Notes: generated by a model from the letters alone, not told the origin. Positions 1-11,604 are shown, counted from the stretch's first letter. The stretch is 64,000 bases of DNA from Wickerhamiella versatilis (GCA_030867685.1 JAQOWU010000008.1:2790001-2854000); one strand, 5' to 3'. Translations and numbers: made by a program.

Positions 1-2220
1 CTAATTACCATTATTTTTGTTTCTATACTGGAGGAGAGGTAATAAACACTCGAGAGAGCAATTTTGGGTAAGGAAAGGGTGCTCGAGCAGCTCGGAAGAC
101 GACGCACGATATTTGACATCAACACAAAGACACTGGCTAAGGAAACCCTTCAGGTTGGGCGTCAGTGACTCAGGATGTTTCAGCTTCGGTGTGCCATTAG
201 TGGCGATCAAATAGAGAGCCTTCAACGGTTCTTCATTAAAATATGGGGGCTCACTCTCTATCATTTCAATCGCCATGATACCGAGCGACCAAACATCAAC
301 CTTTGCACCGTATTCCTTTTGTTTGAGAACCTCGGGTGCCATCCAGTAAGGTGTACCAGCCATAGTGGCACGCTTATTTCTCTGGTCCGTAAGCTTGGCG
401 CAGAAACCAAAGTCAGTAATTTTAATGTGACCATACCGATCCAGCAGCATGTTATCCGACTTTATATCTCTGTGAATGATTGATTTAGAATGTAAGTGCT
501 GGAGACCGCGGCACGTCTCGCGACACACTGTTGCAATTTGTTGTTCAGTCATTGTGTTATTCTCAATCACATCAGTAAGGGGTCCACCCTCCATATATTC
601 CATGACAACCCAGAGGTCACTGTTGCCTCGTAAGTAAGCCTCAAGGAAGTTGACTATATTCGGGTTCTGAGACTCTCGCATGACCGTAATCTCATTAACT
701 ATCAGTTCCTTACGTGGCTGGCTCATCAGATCAATTTGCTTGATGGCCACACTGTGGTGTGTCTCCTTGAGCTTACCGAGAGGCCGGGCACGGTAAACCG
801 AACCAGAAGCACCCTGCCCAATCTTCTTAATCTTCTGATAGAGGGCTGTGGGATTCTCGTCGCTCACCACTTGACGGAGACGCTGAATTATCTGAGCCTC
901 GGTCAACGTCGAGGCTCGTTTCTGAGGCTGCTGGCGGGGTTGTCTCACAGGAGCCATAGGAACCAATGATGTAGGGAGATTAGTCTCCTTTTGCTTCATC
1001 GTGGGCGTTGCATTCTCCTTTGGAGATGCTATTGGGTGCTGATTCTGCTGCGGAGTTTGTGGTTCCGATTGCGCAACGGCCTGCTTCAGGTGAGGCACCG
1101 ACTGCGGCTTGGTCTGTACAGGTTGAGCCACTGGTGCTGGCGCTGGCGCTGGCGCTGGCGCCGGTGCTGGACGAGGTTGCAGTCGCTTGACAGGTGATGG
1201 AGAATAAGGAATGGCTGGCTGAGCCGTCGCAGGTTTGGGTGCTGGTGCCCGCGGTGCGTTACGAGACTGGGGTGCAAAAGGTGCGGCTCCATATGTTCCA
1301 TTAATAGTGGTCTTGGGGGCAGATTGGGTTGATTTCACGGAATCGGGAGACGAACCACCAGACTCATTGACGTCTTTATGCTCAGTTCTATCAGTGGTGG
1401 CGGCGGTATTTGCGGCGGATGCAATAGGTGCCTTCTGAGGGGGCGTGATATCAATTGGCGGTGGCGGTGGGGCTCGTCGTGGAGTGATGGGCTTGGGTGG
1501 TGGTGGTGCTGGCCGAATATTGGTGAACATCGGCTCCGAGATACCGCCAATTCCCAAGGTGGGATCCTCTTCTGGTTCTCCCATATTTTTTTCGTAAAAC
1601 TTGAGGGCGTCAACAACAGCCTGTGGGTCATTAGTGAAGTCCTCACTAGTGATCGCAGAAGACTGGAGAAGCTTTTCCCATTCCTGCGGGAGGCCTGTAA
1701 ATGCCCCTGAATCCGCGTCGAATCCTACATGCACTTTGTGGGTGAAGTTTGTGGGTCCAGACACCCCTGAAGGAATCTTAGAATATATATCGTCAATCCA
1801 CGCGTATAGCTCGGTGTCAGATTTACACGCAACAAACAATGATTTCATCGAGTGCTTGCGTATTATCTCAAAACAGTATGGCTTCGAGTCGGTGCGGGTG
1901 ATCGACTGTACGGTGGACAATGGGACCTGAGTAGAGGTTCCAGATCCCTGCGAATCGCTTTTATTGAAAAATAGGGTGGCATCTCGAAGGATTAAAAATT
2001 TTCGTGTCCAAAGCCACCTCATGGAACCTTCCTCCTTAACAGATACCCACCCTCGCCGTACGGTTCGCATCGGCGAATTACGATTACCGAGGATAAAACC
2101 ACTCCCATTTGATGCGCCCCTCATGATGGATTCCGGCGAACCTGGGCTGGTACCAGGCGGTGCGGGGGCGCGACGAGGAGGTGTGAACGCATCAGTCGTA
2201 TATGTGGCGGGGAAGCTCAT
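1..2220 (-). CDS. CLA4: PAK-family Ser/Thr kinase Cla4 (PH + CRIB + kinase domain)
   Basis: 739-aa ORF; N-terminal PH domain (WLWTRKFLILR), CRIB motif VSGPTNFTHKVHVGFD, kinase motifs GQGASG, HRDIKSDN, DFGF, GTPYWMAPE; the PH domain distinguishes it from Ste20. Confidence 0.93.
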   Translation of the reverse strand: MSFPATYTTDAFTPPRRAPAPPGTSPGSPESIMRGASNGSGFILGNRNSPMRTVRRGWVSVKEEGSMRWLWTRKFLILRDATLFFNKSDSQGSGTSTQVPLSTVQSITRTDSKPYCFEIIRKHSMKSLFVACKSDTELYAWIDDIYSKIPSGVSGPTNFTHKVHVGFDADSGAFTGLPQEWEKLLQSSAITSEDFTNDPQAVVDALKFYEKNMGEPEEDPTLGIGGISEPMFTNIRPAPPPPKPITPRRAPPPPPIDITPPQKAPIASAANTAATTDRTEHKDVNESGGSSPDSVKSTQSAPKTTINGTYGAAPFAPQSRNAPRAPAPKPATAQPAIPYSPSPVKRLQPRPAPAPAPAPAPAPVAQPVQTKPQSVPHLKQAVAQSEPQTPQQNQHPIASPKENATPTMKQKETNLPTSLVPMAPVRQPRQQPQKRASTLTEAQIIQRLRQVVSDENPTALYQKIKKIGQGASGSVYRARPLGKLKETHHSVAIKQIDLMSQPRKELIVNEITVMRESQNPNIVNFLEAYLRGNSDLWVVMEYMEGGPLTDVIENNTMTEQQIATVCRETCRGLQHLHSKSIIHRDIKSDNMLLDRYGHIKITDFGFCAKLTDQRNKRATMAGTPYWMAPEVLKQKEYGAKVDVWSLGIMAIEMIESEPPYFNEEPLKALYLIATNGTPKLKHPESLTPNLKGFLSQCLCVDVKYRASSSELLEHPFLTQNCSLECLLPLLQYRNKNNGN
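1131..1170. repeat. Hexamer microsatellite (GCTGGC)n encoding a Pro-Ala tract in Cla4
   Basis: ctggtgctggcgctggcgctggcgctggcgccggtgctgg; PAPAPAPAPAPAP in the protein. Confidence 0.8.
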
Positions 2221-3250
2221 ATGTATTAGAGTTCAACAGAAGAATAGATTTAGCAACTTCACCACGATGCTATTTGCTAGACCCTGCTCGTTAAAGTCTA
2301 AATTCAACAGAGCCTGGTACAAAAACTTTGATGGTTGAGCAAGCCGTACACACCAGCTAAAGCTTCTTCTGCAAAAAATAAGGACAGCAAAAGCAAAGGG
2401 AGGTACACTGCTGTTTCTGTGTCCTTAACAACTACCGGCTACCTTCCGGTGGTGTATGTGTGGGTGGTTGGCAGGTAAGGGGTTCTGCGCGTGGGACGTA
2501 GCGAGTTAATGAATTTTAGGGCACGGGTATTACGCGACACGGTCAGTGGTGCTAAAGTTGTATTATACGCGTACAAATTGAATAATTATGCTTTGATGTT
2601 CAATGGATCTTCTTTCTGTACTTCTCACCGTGCTTCAGCGCATATTCTTCAGTTTGTTGTGATCTACTGCTTTCTTCGACGCGTGTCTCAGACTTACACG
2701 TGACACCACATTGGCACCCAAACAAGGATTTTTTGACTATCTCAAATGATTAAATTAAATTATTAAAGTTAGTTGGTATCAGTGGTCCTCTGAGAGTTAG
2801 TCTCTAAACCTTCACCCTCGCGCGTGCAGCCCCTGTCTAGCAATTACTCTCCAGGAGACATAATTGATTTATTGTTGGTCATCCTCTGGTATGCTAGCCC
2901 AAAAGTCGACTCCTATGACTAGCAGCTTTCATTAAAACCTAAATCAGCGACTGAAAACTCAAGTTAAACTAGGTTCTACGAAGTTAAGAAACACCAAGGG
3001 GTGCAGGTCCAAAAATTCCTTGACGGCCTTGCGGTCGCCAAGCGTGGTCATAAATAAATTTTCAACTAGCAAAAACACAATCTCGGACGGATCCTCACTG
3101 ATATGTGTAATGCCCGTGCATAAGGATAAAAGAAGAAGAATATTGTGTTATGTCAGCATATATACCATTCGCTGTGGCCAGAGGCAACTGTCAAAATGGC
3201 TTGATATGTACATATTAATAGGGTATCCTGCATATTTCTCTTAGATAGGC

Positions 3251-5401
3251 TTAAGGTGAGCTCATTGTAAGGTCTATAATATCTGATTCTTGCTGCGGCG
3301 GTATTTCCGATTTCTGCAATTCTGAGACAGATATAAAACCGAATTTACCTAGAGTGTCAGTTGAATCAGCACCTGGCTTATCAATTTCAGCATCTTTAGT
3401 GCTTTCGTCATCCAGCCTTGAGCGCTTGGTTCCTCGCTGCTTTGCTGGTTTAGGTGTGCTACGTCTGCGCTTCGGCTTCATGGCTGAAATAATATCTCCA
3501 CAAGACAGGGCCGCGCTGTTTTCAGCCGGAGTCTCCACAAAAATTTCCCGATATTGTGGACCAGCCTCTCGGGGTATAATTCTTTCAGACATGTGGTATT
3601 GAAGTTTCACTGGCGCGGCGGAGTTGAAGTTAATCTTAGATTGGATATATTTATGACCCTGAAGTGCCAAGTCAAGCTTGGACTCCTCCTTCTCGGTCAT
3701 TAGCATATAAACAGCCCCCTTACGCTTTCTACCAGTACGGCCCATACGCTGGATGTTGCGAATAGGTGAGCGGGACTGGTCATAGCATATAATCATATCC
3801 ACCTCCCCAATATCAAGCCCTTCCTCGGCAATAGAGGTTGCTACAATAACGTTTATATCCCCTGCGCGAAATTTACCAATCAATGCCTGCTGTTCCTTCT
3901 GGGACATGCCCTTTACTGCCGAGTCTTTGGCTTTTGTGGTCTGACCCACAAATAAACGAGCCCGAACAAATTCAGGGCAATGAATGCTAAGTACCCATGC
4001 AATTTCTGCGGCAGACTCCCTAAATTCGGCAAATATGATTATCCGAGAATCAGCCCCTTTCTGGAGTAAAAAATCTGCCACAATGTCCACAAGGTGTAAA
4101 AGTTTTGGATGCCCAATGAATGTGGGCTTGCGTTTTTCATCAGCGTCATAAATCATATCATGCGTTTCCTTAACTAACTGCTTGAAGTCAGAGTTTTCTT
4201 TCAGCGCCTGCGCATTCTTACCTTTAGAGGTTTTGATGCTGTCGCAGATATCATTCAATCGCTCATAAAACGGGAAAATCCCGTGTGTTTTAAGGAGCAT
4301 TGTGGCATATGCAATGCGTTGCACTATACCAGCAACAGCCCGGATGCGGTAGAAACGCCATTTCTCGGGACCATGTTGGTAACTCGGCAAACTCGATAAT
4401 TTACGCAACTCAGTTATTATGGCAAAATGACTTATATTGGTTGGATCATTGGTATGTACGACACCGGCCCGGTACAGCTCGGCAACTGGCTTCTTCAACG
4501 CTGCAGCTACCAAGTCAAGCAGGCGCTCTTGCTCAGCTGAATTTTTGACCACAACCTTTTCACAGTCACGACCATGTGAATATTGTTTAATATCAAGATT
4601 TTCGTCACCACGGATCTCCGTCTGGCTAATATGCAGATTGTCAATGATAGTTTGAACCCCATCGAGCTTTCCTGAAGGGGTGGCTGTTAATCCTAGGATT
4701 CTAACAAACGGGTTTTTCTTCAAGATCGTATTGACAACATTAACGTAGGAGTGATTACCAGTTGCCCTGTGTGCCTCATCAACCACAAGACATACGATAT
4801 CCTTGGGATCCACCAACCCACTACGTAAGTCATTTTCGACGGTTTGTGGGGTGGCAAAAAATACCCTTTTGTTCTTCCATTCACTAATTCTTTCCACGCG
4901 GGGCACCACATCTTGAAGAAGGGCAGATGTTTCTGATATTGGTACACCGCTCATCTCCAAGAAGCTTTGAACTTGTTGTGCGACCAAGGGTCGCGTAGGT
5001 GCCATGAAGATACATTTAGACGACTTGGTCCATCTCCAGAAATTGAGCATTATCACGCTAGCGATAAACGTTTTGCCCAATCCCGTTGGTAGAGCGCATA
5101 TCATATTTCGGGTTAACGCCTTCCGAATTATATTGCGCTGATAGTCGCGCACCGGCATATTCACAGGGTAAACCCATGAGCTCAATGCTTCATAATTTAA
5201 ATCATGATGTGCCTGTCTCGATGCAATCCCCGATGATTCGGGTCTAAGGTCAAAGCGTGGAGGCTCGCCACTTGAGGGAGGCCGGGACGGCATTTCTGCC
5301 ACTGAAAGTAAATCTATCTCATCACTCCCTATATTAGTAGCGGGATCAGTGGGATGTGACCATGCTGCCTCTGGATCCAGCTCAATGTCGCTACTTGACA
5401 T
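3251..5401 (-). CDS. MPH1: FANCM-like DEAH-box DNA helicase Mph1
   Basis: 716 aa; ALPTGLGKT, VVDEAHRATG, LGLTATP, ATSIAEEGLDIGEVD, IQRMGRTGR; N-terminal WVYPVNMPVRDYQ typical of Mph1. Confidence 0.93.
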   Translation of the reverse strand: MSSSDIELDPEAAWSHPTDPATNIGSDEIDLLSVAEMPSRPPSSGEPPRFDLRPESSGIASRQAHHDLNYEALSSWVYPVNMPVRDYQRNIIRKALTRNMICALPTGLGKTFIASVIMLNFWRWTKSSKCIFMAPTRPLVAQQVQSFLEMSGVPISETSALLQDVVPRVERISEWKNKRVFFATPQTVENDLRSGLVDPKDIVCLVVDEAHRATGNHSYVNVVNTILKKNPFVRILGLTATPSGKLDGVQTIIDNLHISQTEIRGDENLDIKQYSHGRDCEKVVVKNSAEQERLLDLVAAALKKPVAELYRAGVVHTNDPTNISHFAIITELRKLSSLPSYQHGPEKWRFYRIRAVAGIVQRIAYATMLLKTHGIFPFYERLNDICDSIKTSKGKNAQALKENSDFKQLVKETHDMIYDADEKRKPTFIGHPKLLHLVDIVADFLLQKGADSRIIIFAEFRESAAEIAWVLSIHCPEFVRARLFVGQTTKAKDSAVKGMSQKEQQALIGKFRAGDINVIVATSIAEEGLDIGEVDMIICYDQSRSPIRNIQRMGRTGRKRKGAVYMLMTEKEESKLDLALQGHKYIQSKINFNSAAPVKLQYHMSERIIPREAGPQYREIFVETPAENSAALSCGDIISAMKPKRRRSTPKPAKQRGTKRSRLDDESTKDAEIDKPGADSTDTLGKFGFISVSELQKSEIPPQQESDIIDLTMSSP

Positions 5402-5477
5402 GGCCCGGGCGCGTTCCTTAACTAATCACAATAAATTATTTTTGAGGAAAAATATATAAAGCGTTCACTAAACGTAT

Positions 5478-7244
5478 CTAATCCCAATCAGACTCACCCC
5501 TGAGATTAAGTCTTGAACCTACACGACTCGGCACTTTTGCACTGGGAAGCGTGGTGCTCACTGCACTTCTATATTCATCCAGCGGGTATTCATGTGTTGG
5601 CAGACCATCCTCCGCATGCCCTGATCCAGCAGAGTCACGCGTTAACGGAATCCATCCCCGCATACCTGGATAGAGTTTGTAAATAAGTCTTAAAATGACT
5701 GCAAGTAGTAAAACAATTATAAGACTCAAAAAAGCAAATGAACGATTAGCACTCGCTCGTGGCAAAGGCGCGTTAGCTATCTCCCCACCAGGTACGAATT
5801 CAGTACCATAACTTTGAAATCCTACATCACTAGATCCCATGGTTTGCGAAGAGGCGTATAATACAGCCCGGCCCAGTGTCCAAGAAATCTCGGTACCACG
5901 AATATCTACGGCAGATTGAAAGGAATCCCTGAAATTATGCGGCGAGTTTGGATCCTGTGTTTCCAGGCTGAACTCGAATCCCTTGTTTAGCACATTCAAA
6001 ACCCACGTAGACTTGAAGCAAGCCTTCCTAACGTCCTTAATTTTGGAGTAATTATCATTCACAGTCTCCCAGTCGCTTTCACAAAATTCCTTAACCTTAG
6101 GCAGTAAGGAACCCAACTCGAATTTTCCATTAGTCCCAAATAAGTCCTGAGCAGTGTACCAGAATTCTGAAACACCGACAAATTTTTGGTTCGGCAGATC
6201 AAAGTCAGGTACATGGACACCATCGAACAAGCACGGCTGATCCTCACAAGGCAATCCCTTGTTGAGCAAATCTTCAATAAGAGAGCTACATTCATCAAAA
6301 CGGCCGGTACCGTCAAATAGAAACTCTATCTTCTCTTCGTGGTCATTACGAGGATGCGTCAACCATTGAAAGTCACGCGTTCCCGACTGTAAACAAGGGT
6401 CATGGACAGCAACTGGGGAACCGTGTTTAGCAGGTTCCAAAAGTTCATCTGAAATATTCTTCACCAATCGATCCCTCAGCCTGGCCTGGGCCTGGTTTGC
6501 ACCAAATCCTAGCCAGGTAGTGACGAAAACGTTCCACTCAAGAGATTTACCTTCCAATGTCCGAAGAGCCACTTTATGCAAATCATCCTTATGGCGTTCA
6601 GCTGTTTCCCCTTCAGGAACAAATGCAAGCTGTGCTGATGCTCCTCCCATATCCAAAAATCCATAGGTATCTTGATAATTGTTCATATCATCAGGCATGT
6701 CCCAGTTTACAAGATAGTTTAGGGCGAGCCACCCGTACAGGCCTTCGATTTTTCCATCGATCACATTAACATGTGAAGAGCATTCCGGCACATAAAATTT
6801 CGTTCTCTTTTGCAGACTGGAACAGACCTCACTCAAAATCTCGTCTTGGTCTGTCTTAGGCAGAAGTCGGATTCCCGCCGTGGCAAGAAAGAAAAATGGG
6901 GTCTCATGCTGCGACTCTGCCGGAACGAGCTCAGTTGCTCTGTCCACAAGTAAGGAAAGATGCTCTGGCCAGATCTGGGAAATATTTCCGGCAAAGTTGG
7001 AGATGCCTTTGGGAATCTTCAGTATTCCGTGTTTCTGCGCTTCGACAGCAACCAGGGATGAACGAAGAGGACTATCCGGTGGCATCTGCTCGAGCATTTT
7101 TCCCGGATCCTGCCACGAGTACACGTAGACGCGACTTCCGGATGAGCCGGCGTCAACGATAACTGCGTAACGCATGCTTACGCAGGACGCTTGATGATCC
7201 GGGGGGCTTATGTTGGCATAGTCAGGCCAACAAGCTCTTAGCAT
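5478..7244 (-). CDS. YND1: Golgi apyrase (GDA1/CD39 NTPDase); an alternative start ATG lies at 7175
   Basis: Apyrase conserved regions DAGSSGSR, ATAGIR, EGLYGW, DMGGAS, SWTLG; a single C-terminal TM helix as in Ynd1. Confidence 0.88.
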   Translation of the reverse strand: MLRACWPDYANISPPDHQASCVSMRYAVIVDAGSSGSRVYVYSWQDPGKMLEQMPPDSPLRSSLVAVEAQKHGILKIPKGISNFAGNISQIWPEHLSLLVDRATELVPAESQHETPFFFLATAGIRLLPKTDQDEILSEVCSSLQKRTKFYVPECSSHVNVIDGKIEGLYGWLALNYLVNWDMPDDMNNYQDTYGFLDMGGASAQLAFVPEGETAERHKDDLHKVALRTLEGKSLEWNVFVTTWLGFGANQAQARLRDRLVKNISDELLEPAKHGSPVAVHDPCLQSGTRDFQWLTHPRNDHEEKIEFLFDGTGRFDECSSLIEDLLNKGLPCEDQPCLFDGVHVPDFDLPNQKFVGVSEFWYTAQDLFGTNGKFELGSLLPKVKEFCESDWETVNDNYSKIKDVRKACFKSTWVLNVLNKGFEFSLETQDPNSPHNFRDSFQSAVDIRGTEISWTLGRAVLYASSQTMGSSDVGFQSYGTEFVPGGEIANAPLPRASANRSFAFLSLIIVLLLAVILRLIYKLYPGMRGWIPLTRDSAGSGHAEDGLPTHEYPLDEYRSAVSTTLPSAKVPSRVGSRLNLRGESDWD

Positions 7245-7511
7245 TAGACAATCTAGAATATCTTAAACTTTATATTCTTGCGGTAAAACAGCCATAATTT
7301 TTGAATAGAGAGAGTTGGATTTCGTGGTATCAGTTGACTACTATTACACGCGAAGAATTAATCAGGTTACTTACTTTTATGGCTAATGCTCTAAATACTA
7401 TTTAAATACTATTTAGTATAAGAGTAAATCTGATCGGTTTCATCCATAATTCCACAGTTGTGTGGGTTTCAGTCGTAACTTCCTCTGGTTAGATCCTACG
7501 TAAGCGTCTAG

Positions 7512-10331
7512 ATGGACGACCTCGAGGGCCATGCTGCAGCTCTTTTCCAGAAGCAGCATCTTCATGGTCTGCCATTTGAGAGGATTATAGCTTGTACTCG
7601 TATCTATGAGGCCGTGACTGCACAGGAAGCTGCTGCCCCTACTCCACCTGCGAAAGCAAGAGTCATGATTGTGTCTCAACGTACAAATGATGGAACGATC
7701 CTTGTGCATAAAGGACGCCAAAATAAAGATAAAAGCATACAGATCGGAAGGTCTTGGGTACTGAGTGAATTGACACAGCTAAATGGGATTCCATCGGGAC
7801 ATAGAGATGCGCTCTGCGCCACGTTCCGTAAATCATATTATTGGGTATTCTCCGACGAAAGCTCACGAAATGACTTCTGTGCAGTGCTAACCCGCTGCTA
7901 CAGGGATTATCTTGGTAAATCTTTGGCTGTTGTTAATATTTGGCATGAAGTTCCACGCGCCCGTGAACGTACGAGCGAAAGGGACCGCGAGCATTCTGCA
8001 CACCAGCAGGACACTGTAGAAGAATCAACGCATAATGAGTCCGATTGGGAGTCGGCAAAAGAATCTATGCGTGATGATGATTTGGAGAGCCAGTCAGAGC
8101 CTCGAGCAAATAAAACTCTACAGCCTTCTGTGGAATTTACCGCTCAAGAACCGCAGGGAAGCTTGACGCATTCGCCTGTATCGAAGAAAACATCTCATCA
8201 TACACGAGATCTATCCGACAGTATACCACCCCTGAATCCCTTGAATCAGCGCAGGAGATCGGTCACAGAAACCCCTGGAAGCACGACAAGTGGACCCAGT
8301 GAAGTTTCACCCATCAAATTACCCGCCCATCATGGTCGGTACCCGAGTGTCTCCGATGTTCTAGAGGAGGATGCAAGCGAGGATCCTCTGGTATCTGCAG
8401 CTAAAGAATTTCAATGGAATGGTGAAGACGTCGACCAGCTTGAGGCACAAATTGGTGATAAACTCGTAGTACTGGGACAGTCTAATGTTGAAGATGTTGT
8501 TACACTTGATCAGCGTCTTGATGAGCTTGTATCCCTGGTTGATGAGAGTATTGCTGAATGTGATCGAATGGATCAACAGTTGGCGAGCTATGCAGTTCAG
8601 CTCACTGGGGCCAGTAACGAGGTTACATATCTAGAGGGACAGTCTGACGGTCTGCAAGTTATGGCGACAAATCGTAAACTGCTATACGAAACAGTCGAGC
8701 AGTTCTTGCAGGAGGCTGATGTCACATCCAATTCTTTGTCTATAATCAAAGAGGCTCCAATGACTGATACTTCTAAGCTGAGAAGCGCATTATTGTCCCT
8801 TTATAGAGCAATTAAAGCTCGTCCTACTGAGCAGTGGATTCGCGTAGCCGAACAATTCAGTGAGCGTCTTCGCAGGTTCCTCATAAAGCAATATCCACGG
8901 CAAACTGATGATAACGATTTTGCTCGCTATGACGCACTGGTGATTCCTCGTGTCTATAATCTCGCTGGTTTCGTTCTCTTTGCGAAGCAAACTGGTAGAG
9001 TTTACACATCAATTCAACATGAATATGGGCGCGTGGCTGGTGAATATTATAATGCCCACTTCCAAACATACTTTGCGAAATGGAAGCAAGTTCTTAAAAG
9101 TGTAGCAGGTGGGAGGCCTCCTCCATTACATCCTCCAGCTCCTAATGGTCTTTCTTTGAGTCATGGTAATTTGAAGTTGACATACCAGCATCTCAAAGAT
9201 CTTGCCAAAAAAATCGAGCTCCATGTCGCATCTCAGCAACAATTTTATATCTGGTTCTTGCACATGTCGACTTTTGCGGCCAAAAGCTTCACAAAATATT
9301 CTGACGATATCCCAGACCCAACTCTACCACCCAAATTCCACAGAGTTGAATCTTCGGCTACTGAATCTCAGGCAATCACTAACTTACACCATGAAGTTTT
9401 TGGTGCCCTCGAGGATTCACACCTGGCATCTCTAGTGCGCACAATTTCTGAAACAGTTCCTCTTGAAAGTGTATTTTTAGGAGCGCTTCTTGAGCAGAGA
9501 TTGAATAAATTACGAGGGACTGACCAAGAATTCCTTGTAGCAGTTTTCCGAACACTTCATGCACGGTTGCTGTCACAGTGGTCTGACTTCGCTAGTTCTC
9601 AAGCACAAGGTATACTTGGGGGCCAAGGGACCATCAAAAAGCGTGTGGGTGTGTTACTGGTCGTAAAGCGCTTCACAGAGCTGGTCAAAATGGTTGAACA
9701 TGCTTTCTCGGAATCGGATGGAGGTCAAGGTGCTCCCCAAATGCGATCCTTGGTGGATAAATCGATGGAGCAACTTTTCCGTGCTATATTCCAAGGCTTT
9801 TCTTCACAGTCTAGGCCTGCAGCGGTCTCTGCCGTCGCTGATGAATCAAAGAGTCAACTGAATAGCCATGTTGTTCTTGTCGAAAACATGCACCATATCG
9901 TGTCGCAGCTTGATGGTTTTGATGCGTCCTCTAGTGCCAAGGTTGTTTTTGATGCGCGAAAAGTGTATAAGGAAGAGCTTGAAGCTTACATTTCCGATGT
10001 TCTACAACGGCCATTAGGTCGAATGCTAGAATTTTTGAGACAACAAGATCTTCAGAAAGGCTCTACGCTCAAGCCCAAGCATATGGTTGAAAAGCTGAAA
10101 AAACTAGTTGCAACTTATGATCTAAAAGAGTTGAGACGTGGAGTGGAAGCATTGCGCAAGCGTGTTGAGAAACACTTTGAAGACAATAACGTACTTTTTG
10201 ATAAGGTTTGGCATGCAATCCAGGCGGAGTATCTAAGCATTCATAGCCGGCTGGTCCGGTTTGCCCAAGAATATCATGCTGAAAACATCATTGAGGTTTC
10301 AAGAAAGGATATTCAGCAGCTACTTAAGTGA
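7512..10331 (+). CDS. SEC3: Exocyst subunit Sec3
   Basis: 939 aa; N-terminal PH-like segment (IQIGRSWVLSEL), coiled coil with EGQSDGLQVMATN, C-terminal LRKRVEKHF. Confidence 0.88.
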   Translation: MDDLEGHAAALFQKQHLHGLPFERIIACTRIYEAVTAQEAAAPTPPAKARVMIVSQRTNDGTILVHKGRQNKDKSIQIGRSWVLSELTQLNGIPSGHRDALCATFRKSYYWVFSDESSRNDFCAVLTRCYRDYLGKSLAVVNIWHEVPRARERTSERDREHSAHQQDTVEESTHNESDWESAKESMRDDDLESQSEPRANKTLQPSVEFTAQEPQGSLTHSPVSKKTSHHTRDLSDSIPPLNPLNQRRRSVTETPGSTTSGPSEVSPIKLPAHHGRYPSVSDVLEEDASEDPLVSAAKEFQWNGEDVDQLEAQIGDKLVVLGQSNVEDVVTLDQRLDELVSLVDESIAECDRMDQQLASYAVQLTGASNEVTYLEGQSDGLQVMATNRKLLYETVEQFLQEADVTSNSLSIIKEAPMTDTSKLRSALLSLYRAIKARPTEQWIRVAEQFSERLRRFLIKQYPRQTDDNDFARYDALVIPRVYNLAGFVLFAKQTGRVYTSIQHEYGRVAGEYYNAHFQTYFAKWKQVLKSVAGGRPPPLHPPAPNGLSLSHGNLKLTYQHLKDLAKKIELHVASQQQFYIWFLHMSTFAAKSFTKYSDDIPDPTLPPKFHRVESSATESQAITNLHHEVFGALEDSHLASLVRTISETVPLESVFLGALLEQRLNKLRGTDQEFLVAVFRTLHARLLSQWSDFASSQAQGILGGQGTIKKRVGVLLVVKRFTELVKMVEHAFSESDGGQGAPQMRSLVDKSMEQLFRAIFQGFSSQSRPAAVSAVADESKSQLNSHVVLVENMHHIVSQLDGFDASSSAKVVFDARKVYKEELEAYISDVLQRPLGRMLEFLRQQDLQKGSTLKPKHMVEKLKKLVATYDLKELRRGVEALRKRVEKHFEDNNVLFDKVWHAIQAEYLSIHSRLVRFAQEYHAENIIEVSRKDIQQLLK

Positions 10332-10437
10332 AAATAAAGAGCAATAGGTCTTTGTTGATATTCTTTTAGACTCTCTTTACTGAACGCTACATTTATTATA
10401 TAATATTTCATAAAAATAATTCTCTTTTCTTTAGGCA

Positions 10438-11604
10438 ATGGGTGCCAACCAAAGTGGTATGGCAAGGCCACAGCCTAAGGAAACCCTTTACGATCTCTTA
10501 GGTGTTGACAGATCAGCGGATGCATCAGCACTCAAGCGGGCTTACCGAATGCGTGCACTAGAGTTGCATCCAGATCGCAATTTTGGGCATGCCGAGGAGG
10601 CGACAGCTAATTTTGCCAAAGTGCAGGCAGCATACGATATATTAACTAACATTGATGAACGCAAGTGGTACGACTCTCATGAAGATGACCTAGGCTATCA
10701 TGAGTATAACCAGAAAGTTACCAAGACTTCAGAGATCCTTGCCTATCTCAATCCAGCATTTCAACGTACACTGGATCCAAAGAAAGATGAGATGTATCGT
10801 TTGGCTTCTGAATTTTTCGAGCGGCTGAAGCACGAAGAATTCGAGGCGGCCTTTGATCAAGGCCGTGCATTGACCGATATAGCGGTTCATGATGCCCCAC
10901 CTTTTGGCCATATTGATACACCATGGTCAGAAGTAAAGCGCTTCTATGACATATGGGGGACTTTTGTGACAATCAAGCGTTTTGAATGGGAGGATGTCTA
11001 TCCAGTGCATCATGCACTCGACCGACGCTCACGTCGTGATTTTGAGAATAAGAATAGGCATCTCCGTGAAGCTGCTAAAAAAATTTTCTCAAAAAATGTG
11101 CGGAATATCGTAAATGATTTGAGACAAGCGGATGTCCGAAAACCTCGTCCATCCAAAGCAGAGAAACCCACTGCACCAAAGCCAAAGGCTCCACGCAATA
11201 TCGGGGAATACCAGGAGCAGCAATGGACCGAGGTTGATGTTAAAAAGCTTGATGAAGCGGATAATCTAGATTGTATTGCTTGCGGTGAGACTTTTTCTAC
11301 CGCAGAAGAGCTCCACCTACACGAGTTAAAGCCGAGCCACAATAAAGCAGTTGCAGAATTGAGACGTGAAATGTTGAATGATGATCGGGAGCTTCAGGAG
11401 CAAATGGACTCTCTGGAGGTGAATGATATTGTTTCAGCAATGGGCAGGTACCGAGAGAAACCCGTAAAGCCGGCGAAAGCTAAACCAAAAAGTAAATCCC
11501 AAAAGAAGAAGAAAAAGCAGGAGATAGTAATGAAATGCCCTGTATGTGAAGAGGAGTTTGAAAGTGCTCCCCAACTACAGATGCATCACCGGATGCACAC
11601 ATGA
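10438..11604 (+). CDS. JJJ1: J-domain co-chaperone Jjj1/DNAJC21 with C2H2 zinc fingers
   Basis: J domain with HPD, ERKWYDSH, zuotin-like region, two C2H2 fingers (CIACGETF, CPVCEEEF). Confidence 0.85.
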   Translation: MGANQSGMARPQPKETLYDLLGVDRSADASALKRAYRMRALELHPDRNFGHAEEATANFAKVQAAYDILTNIDERKWYDSHEDDLGYHEYNQKVTKTSEILAYLNPAFQRTLDPKKDEMYRLASEFFERLKHEEFEAAFDQGRALTDIAVHDAPPFGHIDTPWSEVKRFYDIWGTFVTIKRFEWEDVYPVHHALDRRSRRDFENKNRHLREAAKKIFSKNVRNIVNDLRQADVRKPRPSKAEKPTAPKPKAPRNIGEYQEQQWTEVDVKKLDEADNLDCIACGETFSTAEELHLHELKPSHNKAVAELRREMLNDDRELQEQMDSLEVNDIVSAMGRYREKPVKPAKAKPKSKSQKKKKKQEIVMKCPVCEEEFESAPQLQMHHRMHT

